Source: an uncultured Lachnospiraceae bacterium (GTDB taxonomy: Bacteria > Bacillota > Clostridia > Lachnospirales > Lachnospiraceae). Taken from it: a stretch of 61,438 nucleotides of DNA. The stretch lies in the NCBI GenBank assembly GCA_944376945.1, contig CALWEC010000080.1, positions 1 to 61,438 of the forward strand, given 5' to 3'. Both the position numbers and the translations under genes were made by a program. Shown piece after piece: positions 34,368-43,215 of this stretch; within the stretch, counting starts at the first letter, position 1; each line of letters starts with the position of its first letter. Below the pieces are notes generated by a model. The model worked only from the letters and a program-made list of their open reading frames with translations. It had not been told where the DNA came from and did not search any database.

Positions 34368-35258
34368 CTATTTTTGAGAGAGGATGGGACCGATCACGTC
34401 CTGCCACTTTTTCAAGGGGCACTCCGCGTCCCGCTGGGCAAAATTCCAAGGCACCAGCGCTTCGTGGGCTTCCTTGGCCGCGCGGGTCATCCGATCGGAA
34501 AGCCCCGCTTCCGCCAGCATCTGCTCCGAGCCCTTTAACTCCGCCGCGCGGCGGGCACAGTGGACCGCGGTTCCTTTCACCAAGCGCTCCAAGGTAGGAA
34601 CAAAGGGCGTGCTGTCCATGGACTCCGCCACCGACTGGATCACCTCCTGGCTGACGCCGTAGGTTTCCGCGGCCTCCAGCATTTCTATCATCAGGGCGGC
34701 AATGCCTTTCATAAAGATGCTCCGCACCAGCTTGATGGCGGAAGCCGCCCCCGGACGCTCTCCCGCCAGGGTAATGCACATGCCATAAGGCTCCATCCGC
34801 TCCTTCAGCGCCGCCGCCCCGTTGCCGCTGGCCGTAATCGGCACCTTGTGCCGTTTCTGAGGCAGGGAACCCAGCATGGCCGCGTCCGCAAATAAGACGC
34901 CGCTGGACTGGATGGCGTTCCATATTTTTTCCTTCGCGCCTGGCGTGGAGGCGCTGACGTCCACATACAGCTGTCCCGGCCGCAGCGCCCCCTGGATGGC
35001 CGCGCAGACGTCTAAGGTAAAGGAGGACGGGACCGCAGCAAAAAGAATATCCCCCCATTCCGCCAGCTCCACGGCGGTGGGGACCAGCTCCACATGGGCC
35101 GCTTCCGCCCTCTCATGGATCTGACGGCCCCGCGCCGGGTCATCCTGCATGGTGTCCGTAGCCCGGATCCCCCGGACGCCTTCCTCCCAGAGACCGGCGG
35201 AAATGTTATAAGCAGCCTCCCCATAACCGATAAAACCAATCTTCCATTCGCGATTCAT
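34368..35258 (-). CDS. NAD(P)-dependent oxidoreductase, 3-hydroxyisobutyrate/6PG dehydrogenase family
   Basis: IGFIGYGEAA, YVDVSA, ASAIKLVRSIFMKG; alternative GTG start at 35270. Confidence 0.85.
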   Translation of the reverse strand: MNREWKIGFIGYGEAAYNISAGLWEEGVRGIRATDTMQDDPARGRQIHERAEAAHVELVPTAVELAEWGDILFAAVPSSFTLDVCAAIQGALRPGQLYVDVSASTPGAKEKIWNAIQSSGVLFADAAMLGSLPQKRHKVPITASGNGAAALKERMEPYGMCITLAGERPGAASAIKLVRSIFMKGIAALMIEMLEAAETYGVSQEVIQSVAESMDSTPFVPTLERLVKGTAVHCARRAAELKGSEQMLAEAGLSDRMTRAAKEAHEALVPWNFAQRDAECPLKKWQDVIGPILSQK

Positions 35259-35411
35259 ACTGACTGACACCTACCTCTCCCACTTTTCGCGTAAATGAGA
35301 ATCCACATCTAGCTTGCCGATCGGCTGATTTCATAGTATACTATCTTTATCCACAAATCAAACGGTGTTTTTTGGTGGATTTTACAAAGTATTTTTGTGG
35401 AGAAGTGAGAC

Positions 35412-36377
35412 ATGGATCTGACCAGTATTTACTATTTTGCAGAATTGTCCAAGGACCTGCATATGACCAACACCGCCCGCCGCCTTTATATTTCCCAGCA
35501 GACCTTAAGCAACCATATTGCACGGCTGGAGGAGAAACTGGGCGCCCAGCTAATCTGCCGCCGGCCAAAACCCATGCTGACCCTGGCCGGCCAGGTCTTT
35601 CTGGAGCACAGCCGGAAAATCCTTTTGGAAAACAAGAATCTATTGGACCGGATTGCGGATATCCGAAAAGAACAGGACGGCCTGCTGCGCATAGGCGCCA
35701 GCCATTTCCGCATGAATAACAGCATCCCGCATATTCTTCCGGAGTTCCATTCCCGTTACCCCCATGTACAGTTGGATCTGCGGGAAACCACCTCTTTCCA
35801 GGCGGAGACCCTGGTGGAGGAAGGCGCTCTGGATTTCTCCATCGCCCTGGCCGGTACGCCCAGGCCCCATGTAAAGGCCCACCATCTGCTGACCGACCAG
35901 GTTTATGTCTGTGTCTCGGACCATCTTCTGCAAAAACACTATACGATTTCGGAATGGAACGATCTCAAAGAAGATATGCCCGCTGGCCTGACACTGACCC
36001 GGCTTTCCCGGCTGCCCTACTGCCTGTTTCATAACCGGATCGGCCAGCAGATCCAGCGCTGCTTTGAGGAAAGCGGCTTCCAGCCTCAGGTGCTCCTTAC
36101 CAGCACCCATATGGAAATCTGCATGTCTGCCTGCCGGGAAGGGCTGGCCGCCTGTTTTTCTACCCAAATGAGCCTAGCCCAGGAACAACGGGATCTGCCG
36201 GCGGATATCAATGTTTTTCCCCTTCTGTGCGGGAATGGGATTGTCTCCCAGCAGCTGGTCACCCTGTACTTAAAAGATCGTTACCTGCCTTCCTACGCGC
36301 AGTTTTTCCTACAGCTGCTCCTGCAGTATTTTACCAGCCTGGAGAAAGAATCCCTCACCCAGGTCGCCCCGCGCTAG
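35412..36377 (+). CDS. LysR-family regulator
   Basis: MTNTARRLYISQQTLSNHIARLEEKLG HTH; divergent from the dehydrogenase gene. Confidence 0.93.
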   Translation: MDLTSIYYFAELSKDLHMTNTARRLYISQQTLSNHIARLEEKLGAQLICRRPKPMLTLAGQVFLEHSRKILLENKNLLDRIADIRKEQDGLLRIGASHFRMNNSIPHILPEFHSRYPHVQLDLRETTSFQAETLVEEGALDFSIALAGTPRPHVKAHHLLTDQVYVCVSDHLLQKHYTISEWNDLKEDMPAGLTLTRLSRLPYCLFHNRIGQQIQRCFEESGFQPQVLLTSTHMEICMSACREGLAACFSTQMSLAQEQRDLPADINVFPLLCGNGIVSQQLVTLYLKDRYLPSYAQFFLQLLLQYFTSLEKESLTQVAPR

Positions 36378-36388
36378 GCCCCATGCCT

Positions 36389-37576
36389 TTATAATAAGAT
36401 ATTCCGATACACTACCATGCCGGACTTTACCGTCAGGACCGGCTCGTACACAACATGCCCGGTATGCGTCCTCTGCTCCGGGTCCAGAACCGGCCGGTCC
36501 CCAAAAATCACTTCCTTCTCATGGCGGCGAAAGACCGCCAGGTCTGCCTTTCCGCCTATGGAAATGGTCCCCTGCCCCTCCTTCAAGCCCATATGGGCCG
36601 CCGGAGCCGCGGTGCAAAGACGCAGTACCTCCTGGAAAGGGATTCCCAGGCTCTCGTATTTGGCCATCTGCATGGCCAGATTGAAGGTAGTCGGACGTTT
36701 CAGCATACTTTTCCGGGTGCCGTCGGTAGCGATGAAATCCGGCAGGAACCCCTGTTCAATGGCCGGGATTGCCGTGGAAAAGCCAAAGTGCGCCTGCGCA
36801 TCCGCCGCCTCAAACAGCACCCCCCGCTTCCGTGCTTCCCACGCAGATCTTCTGACTCGCCCCTCCTCATCCAGGATTGTGGATCCCAGATTCATATACA
36901 TGTGGGTGCACACATCTCCGGGCCGCAGCAAAGACAGCAGTTCATCCATAGAACCCGGCGGATCCGTGGGATGCACCATCACCGGTACCCCCAGTTTTTC
37001 CGCTATGCGGATCGTCTTCCGCAGCGGTTCAAATCCCAGATCCTTTACAATACTCCGGCTTACACGGATCTTTAGCCCCATCCATTCCTCCCCGCAAACC
37101 TCAAACAGCTCCTTCAGCGCCCCCTCGTCCAGACGCTCTGGCCGCAGATCCTCCGGCTCAGTCAGCCCCATGGCACTGACATTTATATACGCCTTATAGT
37201 CCAGCATAGACTGTTCCCGGTAAGACCGGTGCCGAAGGTAGTGGGCCGTCCCGCAGGATCCTGCGTCCACCACCGTGGTCACCCCGCCGGAAAACATCAC
37301 CGGCTCTCCGGGCAAGCCGATGGTCTCCGCCAGCGGATAGATATGGCAGTGGTGGTCAATCAGTCCCGGCGTGACAAAGCAGCCTCTGATATCCACCACA
37401 TTATCCGAGTACGAAACCGTTGGCATCTCCTTTGTAATTTCCGCAATCCGCCCTCCCTCGCAAACAATACAGGCTTCCTCATTTCTCCCTCCGGCAGGAT
37501 CCATCAGCCGCCCGCCCCGAAGAATCACCCTTCCTTCCAGCGCCATTCCCACATCCTCCTCTTTCCTTTTTTCCAT
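36389..37576 (-). CDS. Amidohydrolase/deacetylase (dihydroorotase-like)
   Basis: PGLIDHHCH, GVTTVVDAGS, GLKIR, MVHP, TH, ATD, ADLAV. Confidence 0.88.
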   Translation of the reverse strand: MEKRKEEDVGMALEGRVILRGGRLMDPAGGRNEEACIVCEGGRIAEITKEMPTVSYSDNVVDIRGCFVTPGLIDHHCHIYPLAETIGLPGEPVMFSGGVTTVVDAGSCGTAHYLRHRSYREQSMLDYKAYINVSAMGLTEPEDLRPERLDEGALKELFEVCGEEWMGLKIRVSRSIVKDLGFEPLRKTIRIAEKLGVPVMVHPTDPPGSMDELLSLLRPGDVCTHMYMNLGSTILDEEGRVRRSAWEARKRGVLFEAADAQAHFGFSTAIPAIEQGFLPDFIATDGTRKSMLKRPTTFNLAMQMAKYESLGIPFQEVLRLCTAAPAAHMGLKEGQGTISIGGKADLAVFRRHEKEVIFGDRPVLDPEQRTHTGHVVYEPVLTVKSGMVVYRNILL

Positions 37577-37880
37577 GGTACCTCACTGCCAGGCACATAT
37601 CCAACCACATTTTTTTGTGACGCTTCCAAAAGCTTTTTGTAAAGATTCAAGCCATACAGAGGACGCCCCACTAGACAACCGCCTCTCCCCCCTGCTATAC
37701 TTTACTATGAAAGCCCGGTCGCAAAGCATAGGCGGAATGGGCTGCTGGCAGGCCAGGCCGCCTACGCTTTCGCGACGCTAACCTGTATGAGCAAGCAGGC
37801 CGTTAGGCCGGATTGCGAATACAGGTAGGATTGCGGGAGGGCGCAAGCACGGAGCAATCCATACCAGGAGGAACACAACC

Positions 37881-38777
37881 ATGTCATTCACCAACGAGCA
37901 GTATCAGGAAGCGCTGCGGATTCTAGACGAGACATCGTCCTTTTCTCAGGCTCATCTGGAATACCCGCAGGAAATCATGGATTTTCAGAATCTGGCGCAG
38001 GTGACACAGCTGTCCCTGACCGCCGCCGGTTTTCCGTTTACCGTCTGCCTGTGCATACCGGAAAACCAGGAACCAGACGCACCGCTGTTTATCAATATCC
38101 ACGGCGGCGGCTGGTACATCCCCCACGAGGACAACGACCGGTACTTCAGCTGCCTGCTGGCCCACCGGATCCGGGGCGTCGTACTTTCCGTGGATTATAC
38201 CACTTCCGAAAAAGCGCCCTGGAACGTAATGTTTGAACAGTGCTGGGAGACTGCCCGCTATGCCTTCCGTCAGGCAGAGGCCCTGGGCTGCAGCCCGAAA
38301 CGGATCTCTATTGGCGGATACAGCGCCGGCGGCCATCTGACAGCAGGAGTTGCCCTGCGCGCTGCCCAGGAAGGAGGCCTGCCGTTCAAGAAACAGATCC
38401 TCTGCTACGCGCCGCTGGATCTGTCGGAAAAAGAAATGCCTCAGCCGAAAAACCAACCGGAGGCCCAAAAGCAGAAGCGCGGGAAAGCATTCCAAGATCT
38501 CCTGTTCCGCCGGGATCCGGAAATTCTGAAAAACCCTTATGCAAATCCCTGGACCGCCTCGGATCCGCTGCTGGCCGGACTGCCGGAGACGGTGGTATTT
38601 ACCGCCGGCCACTGCGGTTTCCGCTTTGAGGACGAAGCTTTTGCCCTGCGGATTGCCGCCCAGGGAGTGGAGACTACGGTCAAACGCTTCCCAGAATCCT
38701 TCCACGGTTTTATCCCCCATTTTGGAGCCGGCTGGCAGGATGCGGTAGAACGGATGGTACGGCAGATTTGTTCCTAA
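37881..38777 (+). CDS. Alpha/beta hydrolase (HSL-family esterase)
   Basis: IHGGGW, GYSAGG, HGF; RBS AGGAGG. Confidence 0.9.
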   Translation: MSFTNEQYQEALRILDETSSFSQAHLEYPQEIMDFQNLAQVTQLSLTAAGFPFTVCLCIPENQEPDAPLFINIHGGGWYIPHEDNDRYFSCLLAHRIRGVVLSVDYTTSEKAPWNVMFEQCWETARYAFRQAEALGCSPKRISIGGYSAGGHLTAGVALRAAQEGGLPFKKQILCYAPLDLSEKEMPQPKNQPEAQKQKRGKAFQDLLFRRDPEILKNPYANPWTASDPLLAGLPETVVFTAGHCGFRFEDEAFALRIAAQGVETTVKRFPESFHGFIPHFGAGWQDAVERMVRQICS

Positions 38778-38804
38778 GCGGAGCGGAAAACAGGAGGTAT
38801 CACC

Positions 38805-39149
38805 ATGCCGGAAAACCGAAGAATCCCACGGCTGACAGGCGAAATCCAGGCCGGCGCTTTCCTCTGCGCCTGGGAAGAATACTGGGAGGAGGACGACGCC
38901 GGGTTCTGTTGCGTGGACTATGTGCTGGAAAAGCACACCCGCCTGATAATCCGGGATGCCGCCACCGGCGTCCGGATCCGGGAATACCCCTTCGACAGCC
39001 GGGAGTACGAAAAAGCGCTGTCCTGGGACGGCTCGCGGCTCACCGCGGTCTTCCACCCCAGCTGGGACCGGGAAACCACCGTCACCCTGGACCCCAAAAC
39101 CGGGGAAATCCTTTCCCGGGACACCCGGGCGGATGAAAACACCGGTTGA
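38805..39149 (+). CDS. Hypothetical acidic protein
   Basis: RBS AGGAGGT, host-like codon usage, followed by a terminator; no family recognised. Confidence 0.7.
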   Translation: MPENRRIPRLTGEIQAGAFLCAWEEYWEEDDAGFCCVDYVLEKHTRLIIRDAATGVRIREYPFDSREYEKALSWDGSRLTAVFHPSWDRETTVTLDPKTGEILSRDTRADENTG

Positions 39150-39197
39150 AAAAAGGCATCCCTGCGGGAGCCCACTCCCGCAGGGATGCCTTTTTTT
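39149..39197. terminator. Bidirectional intrinsic terminator
   Basis: AAAAAAGGCATCCCTGCGGGAG-ccca-CTCCCGCAGGGATGCCTTTTTT, perfect stem. Confidence 0.92.
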
Positions 39198-39220
39198 CTT
39201 TATTCTTTTTCGCGGCGCGC

Positions 39221-40081
39221 TTACCGCTCCGCCTCCACCTCCGCAATCGAGGCGGCGTTGGCCCGTTCGTACTCGTTAAGGCGCTGGTCCAAATTTTGGT
39301 CGAAATCCTCCGGGTCTACGGTGCCAATGTACCAGTATTTCGCTTTAAAATAAGCGGACAGCTCCGGATCGGTAAAGCGCCGGCCACAGCGGGCAAAAAT
39401 CTCGTTCCGGGCCAGCCGAAGCTCCTCTTTGTCCAGCGCCTCCACTTCCTCCCGGCTCAGATAGCGGCTGTCGCTGTCCGGAAAAAGGTACTCCCAATTT
39501 GCTGGGTCCTCCCGCTGCAGCACCCAATCGCCGCCGGCGTTCCAGCGCGCGCCATCGGCCGGCTCCGTAACCTCCGCGAAAAACACGATGGTCCCGTTCT
39601 CCAAAGTCAGATTGCCTTCCCCCCGGTTGCCCCAGCCGTCCTCAAAGGCAAAGGAGACCTGGTTGCCCTCCAGCGTCCCGGTCAGCGCCTCCACCTCCGC
39701 CATGCGGTCAAACCGGTTGCTGCTATTCCAGTGGAACGTAATCTGGTCGCCCTCCACGGCGTCCACCACCAGGCAGCAGCTCCGATCGTCGCTCCACCAG
39801 GTATCCACGTAGGAAGCCAGATCCGGCTCCGCCGGGGTTTCTTCTTCCTCTGTTTCGGCGGCCTCCGTTCCGGCCTTCTCCGTTTCCGGCGCGGAAGCCT
39901 CCGCCCCCGTGCTTTCCGCCTGGGAGCTTTCCTCCTGCGCCTCCGGACGGCTTTCCCCGTTTTCCGTCCCGGCTGCCTCCGTTTCCCCGGCGGCGGAAGA
40001 CATCCCCGCTTCTTCCTCCGGCCCGCAGCCTGCCAACGCCAATGCCAGCGCCAGCATAAAAGCCGCCAAGTTTCTTTTCAT
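39221..40081 (-). CDS. YARHG-domain lipoprotein
   Basis: Lipobox LAGC, acidic linker, YLFPDSDSRYL..LRLARNEIFARCGRRF..LNEYERAN. Confidence 0.85.
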   Translation of the reverse strand: MKRNLAAFMLALALALAGCGPEEEAGMSSAAGETEAAGTENGESRPEAQEESSQAESTGAEASAPETEKAGTEAAETEEEETPAEPDLASYVDTWWSDDRSCCLVVDAVEGDQITFHWNSSNRFDRMAEVEALTGTLEGNQVSFAFEDGWGNRGEGNLTLENGTIVFFAEVTEPADGARWNAGGDWVLQREDPANWEYLFPDSDSRYLSREEVEALDKEELRLARNEIFARCGRRFTDPELSAYFKAKYWYIGTVDPEDFDQNLDQRLNEYERANAASIAEVEAER

Positions 40082-40101
40082 GCTCTTTTCCCTCTTCTTT
40101 T

Positions 40102-41655
40102 TTATTCCTGCTCCGCCAGCCGGTCCTTTTCCTGCTGTTCCTTGGTTTTCAGGCTGTGCCGCACCATAAACTTCACATAGGCGTTGCCCGGAGGCGAAAC
40201 CATCTTCCGTTCCTCCCCAATCTCCAGCACCTTGGCGGAGGGCTTGCCGTAAGGCTTCCACACCTGCCGCCCCCGGGAATTGGGATTCCCAGTCTTGATA
40301 AAGTTGGCCCAGAAATCCGCCAGCTCATTGGACAGCTCAAAGTCAAAGCCGGTGTACGGCCTCTGGGAGCGCAGCAGCGTCTGGAACACATAGTGATGCT
40401 CCACCGAATGGTGGGCCCCTATGCTCTCCGCCCCCGGCGGCACATAGGTAAAGTAATACGCGTAGGCTGGCTTCCGGCCCAGGGCCAGCTGGTTTTCGCA
40501 CCAGGCCAGGTCCCCTGCCAGCATGTCGTCCCCCATGCGGTTTTCAAAGAACTGGGCGCAGTACGCCGGCTTGTGGGGATCCAGCACCTTCAGGTACTCC
40601 TTATTGTCCTCCTCGTAGGCCTCCGCCAGCTTGGCCAGCACATCCATCTTGGGAACCGGATTGCCCTTGCGGCGCATTTCATCCGCCGTGCAGCCCACCA
40701 TGGTTTCCAGGTTTTCCGCATGCCGCCCTTCCAGGAAATACTGGGCCGGGGCCTCCGGCAGCGCGTACCCGTCCACGCAGGGCGAAAACGGCAGCCCCGG
40801 ATGCTTCTTTTTAAACTGCTGGTACTTTTCCACCAGGGTCTGGGCGTCCAGCCGCCGGGCTTCTTCCACGCTGGCTGCCCCCAGCAGGGTCAGGAAGGTT
40901 TTCCCGTTCTCCCACGCCCGCTCCTTGGAAAGAACGTCCAGCAGGCTTCCCCGGGAAAGGCCGCCGCCGCTCTGCATAATGGCGCGCTGAAAGTCTCCCT
41001 TGACCAACGGGCAGGCGCACATATTCTGGACGCTGCAGCCGCCGGCGGACTGGCCGAACAGGGTGATCTTTTCGGGATCCCCGCCAAAGGCGGCGATATT
41101 CCGCTTCACCCACTGGATGGCCGCCGCCTGGTCCAGGGTTCCATAGTTTCCGGTGGAGCCGTGGGCGTCCTCCGCCGCCAGCTCCGGATGGGCCAGAAAG
41201 CCGAACACGTTCAGCCGGTAATTAAAGGTTACCATGACAATGCCCCGCTTGCCAAAGCCCTCGCCGTCGTAGGCGTTCAGATAGCCGTAGCCGGTCTCAA
41301 AACCGCCGCCGTGGATGTACACCGCCACCGGCAGCTTTTCCTCCGGGGACTTGGCCGGGGTCCACACATTCAGATACAGGCAGTCCTCGTCCATGGGATA
41401 CTCCACCACATAGAACTCGGAGGCCGCCAGGGTATTCCCGCCCTCCGAAGCAAACCGGGGCTGCGGGCAGATAGGGCTGAACCGATATGCCTGATAAACC
41501 CCCTCCCAGTGATCCGCCGGCTGCGGCGCCTTCCAGCGCAGCTCCCCCACCGGCGGCTTTGCGTAGGGGATGCCTTTAAACACGCTCACCGTCTGGTTGC
41601 CGGCAGGCAGTCCCTCCACCAGGCCGTTCTCTGTTTTCACCTGCAGTAATGCCAT
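40102..41655 (-). CDS. Type B carboxylesterase (PnbA-like)
   Basis: FKGIPYA, EDCLYLNVW, HGGG, FGQSAGG, NFIKTGNP. Confidence 0.93.
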   Translation of the reverse strand: MALLQVKTENGLVEGLPAGNQTVSVFKGIPYAKPPVGELRWKAPQPADHWEGVYQAYRFSPICPQPRFASEGGNTLAASEFYVVEYPMDEDCLYLNVWTPAKSPEEKLPVAVYIHGGGFETGYGYLNAYDGEGFGKRGIVMVTFNYRLNVFGFLAHPELAAEDAHGSTGNYGTLDQAAAIQWVKRNIAAFGGDPEKITLFGQSAGGCSVQNMCACPLVKGDFQRAIMQSGGGLSRGSLLDVLSKERAWENGKTFLTLLGAASVEEARRLDAQTLVEKYQQFKKKHPGLPFSPCVDGYALPEAPAQYFLEGRHAENLETMVGCTADEMRRKGNPVPKMDVLAKLAEAYEEDNKEYLKVLDPHKPAYCAQFFENRMGDDMLAGDLAWCENQLALGRKPAYAYYFTYVPPGAESIGAHHSVEHHYVFQTLLRSQRPYTGFDFELSNELADFWANFIKTGNPNSRGRQVWKPYGKPSAKVLEIGEERKMVSPPGNAYVKFMVRHSLKTKEQQEKDRLAEQE

Positions 41656-41744
41656 TTTTTACCTCCATTTTTTCGCTGACGTAGAATTGAGTCTCGGTTC
41701 TCTCCCCCTCTAGATAGTATCACATCATTTCCCAAATGTCTAGA

Positions 41745-41782
41745 TACATATCCAGAAAATTCTGTCTACATATCCAGAAAAT
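41745..41782. promoter_or_regulatory. 16-bp direct repeat pair next to the esterase promoter
   Basis: TACATATCCAGAAAAT at 41745-41760 and 41767-41782; minus-strand TAGACA-N17-TACTAT at 41742-41714. Confidence 0.7.
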
Positions 41783-41863
41783 ATAGGTGATTTCTTCTTA
41801 TAGGACGCAAAAAGGCTGCGAACCTTTCCGCAGCCCTTTCCAAGAATTCTTATCCATATCCAT

Positions 41864-42088
41864 TTAATCTTTTTTATCCATCAGCCCCCACACGGCCAGA
41901 AGAATGCCTAAGACAGCGATTCCGGAAAAAATGTAGAGAGCCGGCATAAGACCGTATTGGGATAGATTCCATAGTGCGGAAAAATGCCCGTCCACCGTCC
42001 ATTCATTCGCCATCGAACCAGCTAAAATCAGAGCGTCCGAAACCATTCCCGCCAAAGCCATGATAGATCCGAAAACTACTTTTTTCAT
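41864..42088 (-). CDS. Small two-TM membrane protein
   Basis: 74 aa with two hydrophobic stretches; hairpin at about 41811-41840 downstream; lower GC. Confidence 0.7.
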   Translation of the reverse strand: MKKVVFGSIMALAGMVSDALILAGSMANEWTVDGHFSALWNLSQYGLMPALYIFSGIAVLGILLAVWGLMDKKD

Positions 42089-42509
42089 ACCTTCCGTTCA
42101 CCTTTCAGCCTTATAGTTTCCTACTATCATTCTACTGGATAGGCGGATGCCCTGCAAGTACTTTGCAAATATAATCTATTTGGTAATAAAGTGGGTAATA
42201 AATTTCCAGTTTCCAATTTTTTCTCTTACTATCCGGCATCCGCATCTACGCGCAGCCCTGACTCAAGTTCAACTACGAGTTTCTCATCGTACGCCGCCAT
42301 TTCGTTCTGACCGAAGTATACGACCGTTTCAAAAGCATATCCAAGGAAGCACGATACTATGCCAGGGGGATCCCGTTGAACAATTCGGAAAAGCCAATGG
42401 GATAAAAAAAGCTCCCAGATAATTACCGGAAACGGATCCTTATCTGGAAGCCTAATTCTTGTGAAACCGGCGGAGGGCAGACAGCGGCCTGCGCCGCGGG
42501 CGCAAAGGT

Positions 42510-42986
42510 TTAGGACGAAGGGGCGGATGCGGCATCTCCTTTGGCTTTATACTCCATAAAGAAATGCTTCAGCCGTACCAGTGCCTGGATCAGGATGTCC
42601 TTTTCCTCGCTGTCCAGATCCTTGACCACCGCCTCGATCATCTCGTGGTGGAACCGCTCGTGGTGCCGGTAGGCCCGCACCCCCTTGTCCGTCAGGAGAA
42701 TGTACACCACCCGCCGGTCCTCCTCGCTCCGCTGCCGCACCACATAGCCCTTTTTTACCAGGTTGTTCATGGCAATGGTCAAAGAGCCCACGGTCACCGA
42801 AAGGCGCTTGGCAATGGAGGACATATTCTGGGGCTCGTCCACCCCCACCGCCTCCAGGATGTGCATATCGTTGTTGGTAATATCCCGGAATTCCCCGGTG
42901 ATAATGGCCTCCTGCTCAATGTCCATAATGTCATTGAACAGGACCACCAAAATATCGTTTAGCGCCTGGTAGCTGCTGTCCTCCAT
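42510..42986 (-). CDS. fabT: MarR-family regulator, FabT-like
   Basis: LFNDIMDIE, DITNNDMHILE, VTVGSLTIAMNNLVKKGYV, DRRVV; at the end of the fab cluster. Confidence 0.85.
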   Translation of the reverse strand: MEDSSYQALNDILVVLFNDIMDIEQEAIITGEFRDITNNDMHILEAVGVDEPQNMSSIAKRLSVTVGSLTIAMNNLVKKGYVVRQRSEEDRRVVYILLTDKGVRAYRHHERFHHEMIEAVVKDLDSEEKDILIQALVRLKHFFMEYKAKGDAASAPSS

Positions 42987-43086
42987 CCAATCCCTCCCCC
43001 TTCTGCCGCGGCGGAGCGCTCCTTTTTCATACGTAAGGCCTCTCCCTTGTGATGATAGCATGTTTTCCGCCGGGGGACAAGGGCGA

Positions 43087-43215
43087 TTTCGCCGGACGGC
43101 TCCGGGTTCTCCCGGCGGTGCGCCGGGTTTTCGCCGGACGGCTCCGGTTTCTCCCGGCGGCGCGCCGGGTTTTCGCCGGGCGGCTCCGGTTTCTCCCGGC
43201 GGCGCGCCGGGTTTC
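43087..43215. repeat. Intergenic minisatellite, 3 x 42 bp
   Basis: TTTCGCCGGRCGGCTCCGGKTTCTCCCGGCGGYGCGCCGGGT at 43087, 43129 and 43171. Confidence 0.95.

Noticed and set aside
35347-35355. Perfect DnaA box TTATCCACA
   Set aside because: Single copy inside a probable LysR site; no oriC context
42147-42422. 91-aa plus-strand ORF
   Set aside because: No RBS or recognisable motif; the opposite strand better explains the region
43087-43215. CRISPR array
   Set aside because: Units are contiguous with no unique spacers, and there are no cas genes
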